DNA of 63,171 bases, filler included, from Aduncisulcus paluster (Eukaryota), in assembly GCA_024181965.1 (NCBI GenBank). It is 26 parts of 26 records of this genome, joined end to end, with 100 filler letters (N's around TTAATTAATTAA, not from the genome) between each part and the next. Parts side by side here need not be neighbours in the genome. Positions count along the whole stretch, not along the records: positions 35,424 to 36,736 come from BQXS01012145.1; positions 36,837 to 38,065 come from BQXS01012146.1; positions 38,166 to 39,850 come from BQXS01012147.1; positions 39,951 to 41,695 come from BQXS01012150.1; positions 41,796 to 43,240 come from BQXS01012151.1; positions 43,341 to 45,146 come from BQXS01012152.1; positions 45,247 to 46,669 come from BQXS01012153.1; 19 more parts are not named here. One strand, 5' to 3'. Shown here in pieces: positions 35,425 to 46,769 of the stretch. The notes beneath the pieces are model-generated. The model did not search any database, had not been told where the DNA came from, and saw only the letters and a program-made list of their open reading frames with translations. A program made the translations under genes and the position numbers. Numbering within the stretch: position 1 is the first letter of the stretch; each line of letters opens with the position of its first letter.

Positions 35425-36736
35425 AATATTCTGGGTAAGATTCAAGACTATTGGTATCGCTTAGAATACCAAGCACGAGGAGCTGTCCATATTCACATGT
35501 TCATATGGATAGACAAAACTGTACCACAAGAACCAATGAATACCACTATATATGCTCATGTCGAAGAATCATGGTCCGATGATATGAAAGCAAAGGTCAA
35601 GAAACTCCAGCATCACACGTGTACAACACGATGCCATTCAAGAGGTCGTGGTTGTAAGTATGGATTTCCGAAACCTTTATCTGAAACAACCCATAAAAGA
35701 CTACACGAGACTAGGAGGATAGGAGAGGACCATGAAGAATGGATATTCAAAAGAATCACAGAAGAGGACAGACACATCGTGCCTTACAACCCAATAATTC
35801 TCAAACTTTGGGATGCACATCATAATATCGAGCCCATCTCGATAAATCGGACCCTCCGATATGTAACAAAATATGCAACGAAAGCAGAACCATCTCTGAG
35901 TGTGTCCATTAATGAGCCCGGTTGGAAACGGGAAATGAACTCAAGAGTGATAAGTACCTTTGAGGCTGTAATGAGTATTCGAGGAAGTCACATTTGCCAG
36001 AGTACTAGAAAAGTTATATATGTTCCCCTACTCCCACCAAGTGAAAGAAGAACACTCTTGAAATTTTGTGGAGTTCGGAAGAGAAGAAGAGATGATGATC
36101 ATCATGAAGGCGACGAAGAAGAACATGAACATACAGAGGAAGAAGTCGATGGAGATGCTAGCGTTGAACACCTTGGAGAGGATCGAATTTTTAGATATTT
36201 TGAAAGACCTGTTCAACTAGATCATCTGACACTCAAAGAATATTTTGCCGATTATGCTTACGATGTTAGAGAACGAATCCCAATGAAATATCGAAGGGAA
36301 GCTCTCATAGATCAAAGCACCCACACAAAGAAATATGTATGGAAACGGAAATATCCTGCCATATGCCGTTTTCCTTTGATTCTCCCAGCACAGTCGGAAC
36401 AGTACTTTTATGCCTTGATACTAAAATCCCGTCCATTTAGGAGTGAAGAAGAAGTCCTTGGAGATTGCCGTACATATCGAGAAAGAGCAATATCATTGAA
36501 TTTATACCGGGATGAAAACATATATCAGCACTTTTTCCACGGTTTGCAATCCATATGTAGAGAGAGGATACTACATTTGTGCAAATCCATAGCCCGACAA
36601 GGAGAAAGGATGGATATGGTGTTGGAAGGATTGAGGGATATAAACGAGACTTTTCATCAACCAATTACTGAAGAAGAATTGATCTCTTCTCATGCTCGAG
36701 ACATCTCAGATGCCAGAGCTATGCTAAATGTCGATC
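35425..36736 (+). mobile_element. Helitron RepHel protein, Rep (HUH) domain fragment
   Basis: Motif 2 RLEYQARGAVHIHMFIW, CKYGFPK, IVPYNP, motif 3 YVTKYATK. Confidence 0.92.
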
Positions 36737-37001
36737 NNNNNNNNNNNNNNNNNNNNNNNNNNNNNNNNNNNNNNNNNNNNTTAATTAATTAANNNNNNNN
36801 NNNNNNNNNNNNNNNNNNNNNNNNNNNNNNNNNNNNTACCCATTGTTTATTTCTTCACAGCTTCTTGTTTTTCCCACCAAACTCAAGAAATATAAGCGTG
36901 TGTTGTTATATTTAATACCACGCACAATTTATCAATTCTAAACAATCATTACGAATAAATAATTCATATTTGTTTCCTTTCAAAGACCTTCCTTGTCCTA
37001 T

Positions 37002-38063
37002 TCATGGAGATGGTTCCTCCGGCATTCCTTTCTCCACAACAGTTTCTGATTGCTTTGCTGCGTTCATCCATTGGCGTTCCAGCGAAGGTTTGATAAGCCC
37101 CTCTTTAACCCTTTCCGTCACGCTTGAAGATATCTCCGAGATGGATTCAGACGATAAACATTGTTGTTTGGACAAATTACAAGCAACAATCAGAAGCTTC
37201 TCCATACACTCGATTTCCGTCGCATTGACAAACCACTGTGCAACGAATGATCCAATAAGCGACGATGGGCTGAATGTTTTCCCAGACATGGAATATTCTT
37301 CCACCAAAGTATCCTTCTTTGAGGGACTGAGACGGATGATTTGCGAGAAGATTGGGAGACACACTTTTACGAGGGATGACATGCCAAACCTCTGAATACA
37401 ATGCACAATAAGCGGCAATAAAGAAATATAATGTGTTATATTGGCTTTGGTGGAAGAATCAACATCCGTGGAAATTGATAATCGATAAAATGGAACGAAC
37501 GAGAGGATTGTAAGAATGTTATATAATATATCTTCCTGGATGAAGTATGATCTCGAATGACAAGTTTTGCGATGCGCAGGTCTCAATGAACATGCAGAAC
37601 CACATAGTTCCCCACAACATTGGACACCCTCTGAGCTTAAAGAATGATCGCAACACATTTCAAGCCAGCCTCGAACACTCTTTGGAGATATTAAATGAAT
37701 GATCTCTGCACGTGTCTTCGAACATTTCGTGAAACACACGGCTACAAATTGCATGCAAAGGTAGAGCAAGAAATAACAATGAATCTTTGCTTTCTCAAAA
37801 AGTACAGCACAAATACCTTGGAGCAGCGGATAAAATGCTGTGAATATCTCGGGGACTCGATGAGGATTTGTACAGAGAAGAGTTAGAATAGAGATGACCC
37901 ATGATAGAGAAGCAGGTTCATCATAAAAGACCAAGAGATGGGCATTCTCATCTGATTTCTTTGGATGGGTGGATCGTGATTCCTTCGAAAGAAAAGATGA
38001 CACCGATGAAATACCAGTGATTTCATGTTGAAGTGTCTTCAGGATCGTCTCAAGAAAATGAAA
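37002..38063 (-). CDS. Hypothetical helical protein (5' partial)
   Basis: Frame open for about 350 codons to the contig end. Confidence 0.65.
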   Translation of the reverse strand, partial: FHFLETILKTLQHEITGISSVSSFLSKESRSTHPKKSDENAHLLVFYDEPASLSWVISILTLLCTNPHRVPEIFTAFYPLLQGICAVLFEKAKIHCYFLLYLCMQFVAVCFTKCSKTRAEIIHLISPKSVRGWLEMCCDHSLSSEGVQCCGELCGSACSLRPAHRKTCHSRSYFIQEDILYNILTILSFVPFYRLSISTDVDSSTKANITHYISLLPLIVHCIQRFGMSSLVKVCLPIFSQIIRLSPSKKDTLVEEYSMSGKTFSPSSLIGSFVAQWFVNATEIECMEKLLIVACNLSKQQCLSSESISEISSSVTERVKEGLIKPSLERQWMNAAKQSETVVEKGMPEEPSP

Positions 38064-38695
38064 CANNNNNNNNNNNNNNNNNNNNNNNNNNNNNNNNNNN
38101 NNNNNNNNNTTAATTAATTAANNNNNNNNNNNNNNNNNNNNNNNNNNNNNNNNNNNNNNNNNNNNATTCACATACATCGCTCATCCGGTCATGGAGAGAG
38201 TGGAGTTTTAAGGAGAAAAGGAAGGACCTTCAAGGAAGTTAGAAGGAAGAACAAGGAGAAAAGGAAGGAGTCCCAAGGAAGAAAGGAAGGAGGGAAGAAC
38301 AAGTAAGAAAGGAAGGAACCTCAAGGAAGAAAGGAAGGAAGGAACCTCAAGGAAGGAAGGAAGAAAGGAGGAAAGGAAGGACCTTAAGGAACTAATATCG
38401 AATGATTAAAGGGTTTAAGCCCTTTCTTAGTATTTCATCGTATCCTCAAACAAAAGATTAATTAAGAAGATTTATTAGAGATTAGAATTATAAAAAATAT
38501 CAAAAATACATTATCAATAGAAAAGAAATATAGCAAATATTAATCAAATAGAATTAAAGATAGTAAAAATCAAAATTTAGAGTCGAATATTTTAGAAAAA
38601 TCAAAAGTATAGTAATTAACGAAGTAAAACAATCAGAATTAGGCAAAAGAAAACAATAAAACAATCAAAATTAGGCGTAACAAAAAATTAACCAA

Positions 38696-39770
38696 TCATT
38701 CCTTTTCTCCTTCCTCCTTCTTTCCTTCCTTTTCTTCTTCATCCTTTTCTCCTTCATTTTCTCCTTCCTCCTTTTTTTCTTCCTCCTCCTTTTCTCCTTT
38801 CTCCTTTTCTCCTTCCTCCTTTTTTGCTTCTTCCTTTTTTTCCTCCTCCTTTTCTCCTTCATTTTCTCCTTCTTCCTTTTCTTCTTCCTTTTTTTCTTTC
38901 TCCTTTTCTTCCTCCTCCTTTTCTCCTTCATTTTCTCCTTCATTTTTTTCTTTCTCCTTTTCTTCCTCCTCCTTTTCTCCTTCATTTTCTCCTTCCTCCT
39001 TTTTTTCTTCCTCCTCCTTTTCTCCTTTCTCCTTTTCTCCTTCTTTTTCTTTTTCTTCTTCTTCTTCTTCTTCTTCTTCTTCTTCTTCTTCTTCTTCTTC
39101 TTCTTCTTCTTCCTCGAGCTCCTTTAAAAGTAAATAACAAAGTTTCAGCATCTTTCTCCTTTTCCCTATCTTCATCTTCATGATTTTCTCCTTCTTTCCT
39201 TCCTTTTCTCCTTCCTTCTCCTTTCTTCCTTCCTTCTTCTTCTCCTTTTCTCCTTCCTTCTCCTTTCTTCCTTCCTTCTTCTTCTCCTTCCTTCCTTCCT
39301 TCTTCTTCTTCTTCTTCTTCTTCTTCTTCTTCTTCCTCGAGCTCCTTTAAAAGTAAATAACAAAGTTTCAGCATCTTTCTCCTTTTCCCTATCTTCATCT
39401 TCATGATTTTCTCCTTCTTTCCTTCCTTTTCTCCTTCCTTCTCCTTTCTTCCTTCCTTCTTCTTCTCCTTCTTCTTCTTCTTCTTCTTCTTCTTCTTCTT
39501 CCTCGAGCTCCTTTAAAAGTAAATAACAAAGTTTCAGCATCTTTCTCCTTTTCCCTATCTTCATCTTCATGATTTTCTCCTTCTTTCCTTCCTTTTCTCC
39601 TTCCTTCTCCTTTCTTCCTTCCTTCTTCTTCTCCTTTTCTCCTTCCTTCTCCTTTCTTCCTTCCTTCTTCTTCTCCTTCCTTCCTTCCTTCTTCTTCTCC
39701 TTCCTTCCTTCATATTTTTTTTTGTACTCAGAAACGAGGACCTTGACAGGATCATCAAGGTCCTCAAAAA
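38696..39770 (-). repeat. Purine-rich Glu/Lys low-complexity region with a triplicated ~80-bp unique core; frame-disrupted ORF
   Basis: Core cctcgagctcctttaaaagtaaataac... at 39112, 39335 and 39501. Confidence 0.85.
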
Positions 39771-39950
39771 GTGGATTTGTAGAAAAAGGGTAATTTTTTA
39801 CAATAGAAGGTTTAAATAAAACACCAAAACGCTTACATACTAATTCTTTTNNNNNNNNNNNNNNNNNNNNNNNNNNNNNNNNNNNNNNNNNNNNTTAATT
39901 AATTAANNNNNNNNNNNNNNNNNNNNNNNNNNNNNNNNNNNNNNNNNNNN

Positions 39951-41693
39951 TTCACACATACTTTCTCCAGTAAGATAATCAATGGAGACACATTCACCAC
40001 TATTTCCTGAGCAAAAACTATCAGCAGAGTCACCACAGTCACCATTCACAGTGTTACAAGCAGTTGCCACATCCCAACCTGGGGAACAGTAGCAATAACT
40101 TGATCCAGAATCATCCTGAACACACGTTCCATGGTCATAACAAGCAGTTTCACCAGATGACAACAACCCACAACCTTCATCCGAACATGTGGACCCATTC
40201 CATCCAAGATAACAAGAACATTCATGTTTGGTTGGAGAAATACGAAGACATTCTCCATGGTCGCTTCCAGAACACAATTCAGAACCGCAACTATCGATGT
40301 TGCATTGATTTCCACTCCAACCAGTATCGCATAAGCATTCGTTAATGCCAATACACTGTCCATGGTCACCGCAATAATTCTCAGAACATGCGCTTACACA
40401 GTCAGAAGAGTCATCATTCAGAATATAACCTTGGGCACATGAAGAGCAGTGATACTCACCAGTTGAATCTTTGGCGCATGCACCGACACCGGAACACAAT
40501 TGACCCTCTTCGTTGACGAGACACATTTCTTCAGCACAAGTCGAGCCTCCTTTCCCAATGTTACACTCACAATATGAAGAAGTGTCACTTATATAGAATA
40601 ATAATTGGGCTTATATAGAATAATAATTGGGCCACACTTCGATACAAATCTTATTATCACTTAACGATGGAATAGGAGAACAGAAACACCCATTCTGAGG
40701 ACTCATGACAAAGCCAAATCCAGGATCGGCCGTGAGAGAAAAATGTGATTCAAAATCATCTTCGTCAATCCCACAGATGTTATTGTATGACAAATCAAGA
40801 GTGAATAGAGAGTCCTGCAACATGTACAATGGAGATGGATCAACAATATTGTTGTCATTAGCAATTAGAACTTCGAGTTTATACAAAGAGTTGACGAAGA
40901 TAGGAAGCAAATAAGTAATACTATTGGAACCAATATCAAGGTAAAGTAAAGAATCTGAACTTAAAGACATGTCAATAATAACATCAAGACCACATGAATT
41001 GACTTCAAGTCTTGAAATATTACTAAAATTTGAAATATTCGAAATGGATTCCTCGGATAATGTTATATTGTTAAGATATAACTCCTCGAGAGAGTTAAAG
41101 ATTCCACTAAGATGGGAAATAGAATCAGCAATGCCAATGCATTGAGAAAGATCGAGGGATTGTAAATTAGTTAAATGGGTTAAAGAATCCAAAGAAAAAT
41201 CAGAAATATTGATATCAGACATGGTATCTGAATAATTACTTGAATCTTTGCAAGATAAATCAATCAGCGTTATCTCTGTCAAATGTTCGATTCCAGCCAG
41301 ATCACTGACATTTGCACCAGAACATGAAAGGACAGGAGTGTCGTCAAAACCAGTCACAAGGGTCTTCAGGGAAGCAACACTGAAGAGAACTGGCGAAACA
41401 GTATCGTCAGCATGGTCAGAATTGGCTTCAAACAGATCCTCAACACATGAATGCAAGGCATCATCTGCAATGACTTCAACACAATGCCCCGAAGTGGAAG
41501 AGTCAGACAAAGACCGACATTCATAACCATAAGCACATCCACCAATACAATTGTTAGAGCTCGCAGTTGCACGCACGCATGAAATGGAAGATGCACTGGA
41601 ATAAGTTGTGAACGAATCGCTCGCACAAACAGCAAACCAGGTGTTGGACCCTGATTTGGTCTGGGTACAAACAATGTTCTCAGCGAGTGCATG
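39951..41693 (-). pseudogene. LRR plus EGF-repeat surface protein with an in-frame TAA at a 22-bp tandem duplication
   Basis: LRRs (LQSLDLSQC, LEVLIANDNNI) in 41693-40614; EGF repeats in 40610-39951 in the same frame; TAA at 40613-40611. Confidence 0.75.
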
Positions 41694-41796
41694 TGNNNNN
41701 NNNNNNNNNNNNNNNNNNNNNNNNNNNNNNNNNNNNNNNTTAATTAATTAANNNNNNNNNNNNNNNNNNNNNNNNNNNNNNNNNNNNNNNNNNNNG

Positions 41797-42345
41797 CGTC
41801 AGATTGCTGCCGATAAGCAAAGAAAGGCCGCCAGGGTTGCCTCTGATCGTGAATTGACCCTCACTTCCCCCGTCTTCACTGGGATTGTGTATGACGAGCA
41901 AGAACAGGCCGCTAAAGCTAAACAATACAAGATCGACCTTGAGCGTCAACGCCTTGAAAGCCGAGAGCGTGGCCGTCGTGAGCATGAAGAAGATGTCCGT
42001 CGTGAACGTGATGCTGCCGCGAAGCTTGCTCAAGACATCGAGACAAAGCAGCAAAGACAGCGTGAAGAGTATGCAAAGAGACGTGAGCGTGAAAGGAAAT
42101 ATTTGGAGGATGCCATGAAGAAACACCGTGAACAGAAAGAGATGGAGAAACAACGTGACCGTGAACTCGTGCGTATCAAGGAACAAAAGGATCGCGAAGC
42201 CTTTTTGCAAGAGCAACGTGCTGAGAAAGTTGCAAAGAAGAAGGCCATGCTCGACACAAGGTCAGCACTTGAACACCAAATTGAGGAGAAGGCTGATATT
42301 CGAATTCTCGAAAAAGCTCTCGATGATTTGCAGACAAATATGTGA
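41797..42345 (+). CDS. Trichohyalin/TPH-like coiled-coil protein C-terminus, possibly ciliary (5' partial)
   Basis: E/R/K heptads with YKIDLERQ and ALEHQIEEK motifs. Confidence 0.6.
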   Translation, partial: RQIAADKQRKAARVASDRELTLTSPVFTGIVYDEQEQAAKAKQYKIDLERQRLESRERGRREHEEDVRRERDAAAKLAQDIETKQQRQREEYAKRRERERKYLEDAMKKHREQKEMEKQRDRELVRIKEQKDREAFLQEQRAEKVAKKKAMLDTRSALEHQIEEKADIRILEKALDDLQTNM

Positions 42346-44934
42346 TCTTGAAGGACTCTTGTCAATATATATTGCTTAAAGAATGATATATTTGCATTGA
42401 GATGATTTCTGTTTTTCATTCGCAATCCATTTCCTCCCATTCTCTCCACTGACTCCAATTTCGCTCTCAGTTATCTTCTTTCATATCCTCTTTTTATCTC
42501 GGTGAAGTCAAATATATATGTTCCGGCAAATATATTATCTCTTGTCATCATAATATGTCTGGTGTATTCTCATTATTATTTCTCAATTATTTGTAATCGT
42601 TTTTGAATATAATTGCTCAATATTTTATATTTATTGTATTTTATGTATTGTAGGTTTCATGGCTATATTTCCCCCCATTCCACTCCCTGTGACCTTGAGG
42701 TGAAATGTGATCACTCCCATGAAATGTCCTCTTCTGTCGATCTCCATACAGGTGTCGAAATCTTTGATTTGCTCTGATATGCTGGAATTGTCATTTATTC
42801 AATTCCATTTCTGCTGTCATATCGGTGTGTGTGCTATCGTTATTGCACGATAGTCATCATAATGCGTTAGTCTCATTCAATAAACTTTCCCAACAATGCG
42901 ACATGTTTCTGTTTTTTCAATTTATATTATCATTGGTCCTTCAGATTGTATCTTGATAATATAAAGATTTTCTGATCTTTCGCCCTTTACAATCCGGTTA
43001 TGTCGCATGGAATACGGATCGTCGTTCGAAATTTTTCATATCGTTGTCAAAGGCTAACTCTTCGGATTATCCAATAAAACTCTCCATCGCATGGCACATA
43101 TTTCCATCCCATAAGTATGAGCAAGATAAAGAAACCGTCGTATTTCACCCGGTACAGCAATGTTTCAATTTCGACCAAATTTTCCAAAACAACTCTCTTG
43201 AAAAATATATCAAAATATATATGTCGTCGTTATCTCGGCANNNNNNNNNNNNNNNNNNNNNNNNNNNNNNNNNNNNNNNNNNNNTTAATTAATTAANNNN
43301 NNNNNNNNNNNNNNNNNNNNNNNNNNNNNNNNNNNNNNNNCAGACACTTCCATATTGTGGTCAATAATGATTTTTATCTTCATTTCCTACTAGGTGATAG
43401 TATTATACTATGATGCGGAAAAATGAAAATTTTCTTGTAAATTTTCTTCAAACCATTTTCAAAAAATATCGGTCTACCTTTACATTTTTTTTTAGTTTTT
43501 GCTAGCAATGAGTCATTTATACACAATAGAATCCCACTCTTCGTCTTTATTTATGTCATCAAAACATTCTTCCAATTTTTGAGTGATATTACTATAATAA
43601 TTGTGTTGGGCTGGGAAGGCTTCTTTGACGAAGGAAGCCAGTGAGCGCCGGGTGAGCGAGAATCGCGAGCACGAGCGCGAGCAGGGCTTTTTTTGAGGTC
43701 TTGCAAACAATAAGACCTCTTCACGTTCGTGAAAACTCATTCACTTCAATTGACTGAGTATTAGATGTATGTTGTATATGTATTTGGTATTCTATCGATC
43801 ATGAAAACTGCTATGACTATGGATTCTGGGTGGGAAATATACTTAAATCATCAATCAGAATTTTTTTTGTATTCTTTGAGGTTTGAGAAATAAAATATAT
43901 TTTATTGACGAGCTAATTAAATAATATTATATAATATATTATTATAATTTATTTTTCTTTCGAAATTAATTTATGCTTAAAGTGACTGTATACGATCATA
44001 TACAATTAAATTGTCTATTAAAAATAAAGATATCATTTAAACTCGCAAAAATATTATTATATATGTAATATATATATCATATTTTTTTACTAAATTGCAA
44101 AAAAAGCTTAATTTTTGCCTAATGGTATCATACCTTTCAAATTTCTCGTGCCCCGCTAAAACCAACTAATTATTTAAAAAATAAATAAAAGGAATAATTT
44201 ATATACTACTTGAACTATTAGAAACCTTAGTTGCGTTACGTGTTTTCTAAAAAAACCCTTTTTTGCCACTTTTTGCACCCCTGTATCTCGGCGTCTATAT
44301 ATTATAATAAAACAAAAATATAATATTTAACTTATTAACTAAAGGGGCTTACTGTATATATTAAATTATTTTATTATATCTCAAAGAATGCAAAATTTAC
44401 GTAGTGGGCAATAAGAAGGGTTTATGAAGTTTTTAATAAATTATCCTTAGTTTATACATAATTATATTTATACTCGTGCTATTATTAATTTTTATTTGTT
44501 GTGACTTAACGTAGGTTTTTAGGTCAACATGGTTCCTTACTACTCGGATACCAAAGAATTAACAAGAAAGGATTATAATAACAAAGACCTCGGGGGTTCA
44601 ACGTAATATATTTATTTGGTAAATAAATAGTGTGGTGACCATCTTGTTTTCGTGAATCTCTAACATATTATTATTTATTATTTTGTTTTATTAATATTAT
44701 TTCTATTTTATTATTATTGATATTCTTAATTTATTATATTTATTATGTTCCAACTTAGTCAATATTCTATTTTTAGATAATCTTGATTCTTCGTATAACT
44801 CAGTAAATTGTCTTCAAGCTTAGATTAAATTCCTTTCGGAAGCCTACTTGATACCACATTTTGATCAAAATTACTATTATCAGGTAATTTATTGTGTTAA
44901 TTCCGAAACTTTGAAAATTGTAAACTTTCGATAA

Positions 44935-45146
44935 ATGACGAAGGTTAAAACCGTGAAAACTGCTAATAACACATCGAGTGTTAAAGCTAAGGGTGATTCT
45001 GATGTTGTGATCATTGGAAAACGTGTGAGCCCTAAGAGGAAGTCTGGTGATAGTGTTTCCTCGACCGTGAATCGTGACAAGTCTGAAATTATGTCTCCAA
45101 CGATTAAATCTAGTGTTGAAAGTGATAAAACCGTTGAAGATTCCGT
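44935..45146 (+). CDS. Hypothetical ORF start (partial), possibly transposon-borne
   Basis: ATG after an AT-rich region; open to the contig end. Confidence 0.35.
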
Positions 45147-45246
45147 NNNNNNNNNNNNNNNNNNNNNNNNNNNNNNNNNNNNNNNNNNNNTTAATTAATT
45201 AANNNNNNNNNNNNNNNNNNNNNNNNNNNNNNNNNNNNNNNNNNNN

Positions 45247-46518
45247 AGTTGAAAATCTATCTGAAATCATTTTCATAACTACTTTATCATCATTTAACGA
45301 ATTTTCTTCTTCTTCACCTTCTTCCTCCTCTTCCTTCTTTTCTCCAACATCTTCTTCTTCGCCTTCCTTCATACTTCTTATACTTATAGAATGTGAAGAT
45401 TGAGTGGAAATATCTTCTATTTCTATTTTGGATGGATTACACATTGAAAGTTCTTCGATCAGAGCATTTCGACGCTCGGAATCCCAGACTCCAACTTTTT
45501 CACCCAATCTCTCTGCTATATGAACGGCAATGCACTCTTTTCCGAGCGAATATGAAGGAGTTAGGATAAGAGTATCAGGTGAGGAAAGAAGAGAGCAGAA
45601 AGAGAGCAGAGTCCGCGAGGCAGGGGGGAGACGAGAGAGAGACGAGGAAGAGGAAGAGGAAGAGGAAGAGGATGAGGAAGAGGAAGAGGATGAGGAAGAA
45701 GCTAGAGGAGTTCCATAAATTAGTGTGGATTCCTTTGATTTTGACGATTGCTCCCTCTCTCGAGGTGGAGGGTGAGCATCGTGTTCGTGTTTTTGAGTCA
45801 ATTGTTGGAGTTCTTCGTAACGTATCTCTCTTTCTATTCTTTCATCCCGCTCTTTCATTGCTAATTCCTCTCGCATCTTTCGTCTTTTGTCTTTTTGTTT
45901 TTCATACTCAAGACGCATTTGTGCTCTCTCAGTCCCAATCCCACACAGGCGATCAATGGCTTTAAATACAAGTTTTCGGCCATGAAATTTGCTTCCATCG
46001 TACCCAAAATATGTAGTGTCGATGTAGGCCATATGGGGAGGATGGAGATGAAGAAATGTAGAAAGTTTCGAGAAAAAAAGGGAATGTCGATCACAACGAA
46101 AGTCTCCACTGTGAAATACACGGAAAATATCTGAATTGTGCGATATTTTTGATGCGGTTTTTCGTTTTCTAACAAATAAAAAACACAATGATCCAATAGT
46201 ATGATTGGCGGGGATGGCATAAGCAAAATAATTAAATTCGGGAGATAGATTTGAAAATTTAATAACATCACCGGGATCAAAAGTAAATACAATATCTTTC
46301 TTCACTTTTTTTTTGGATATTAATAAATCTCTAGTTATAGATGAACAGAACACAGGAGCAATATTCCATCGAGGACCAATAGCATGATAATGATCGGAAT
46401 GAAAATGGGATAAAAATGATATGAATACTCCCTGTTCTTGAGATAATCCAGTTTTTGCACGAAAATAATCAACGAAAAAAGGGAAACCTTCAATCTTCCC
46501 TTTTGCTGCAATACTCAT
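45247..46518 (-). CDS. SNM1: SNM1/PSO2/DCLRE1-family metallo-beta-lactamase beta-CASP DNA-repair nuclease (3' partial)
   Basis: FFVDYF, FLSHFHSDHY, ANHTIGS, HSGDFR, YIDTTY, YSLGKE. Confidence 0.9.
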
Positions 46519-46769
46519 CGATTATAATTTATAATTATTAATTAAAAGAACTAATATATTTGATATAGAATATGAGAGCTACAAAATTATCATCAACTAT
46601 TGAATTAATGTAAGATTAGTTTTTTCGACTAAATCCAGCCTTAAAAATCAAAAAATAAGAAATAAATTGNNNNNNNNNNNNNNNNNNNNNNNNNNNNNNN
46701 NNNNNNNNNNNNNTTAATTAATTAANNNNNNNNNNNNNNNNNNNNNNNNNNNNNNNNNNNNNNNNNNNN

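Noticed and set aside
33568..36736. Integrase, hAT and Helitron as one composite element
   Set aside because: The Helitron is on a separate contig beyond the linker at 35324-35423
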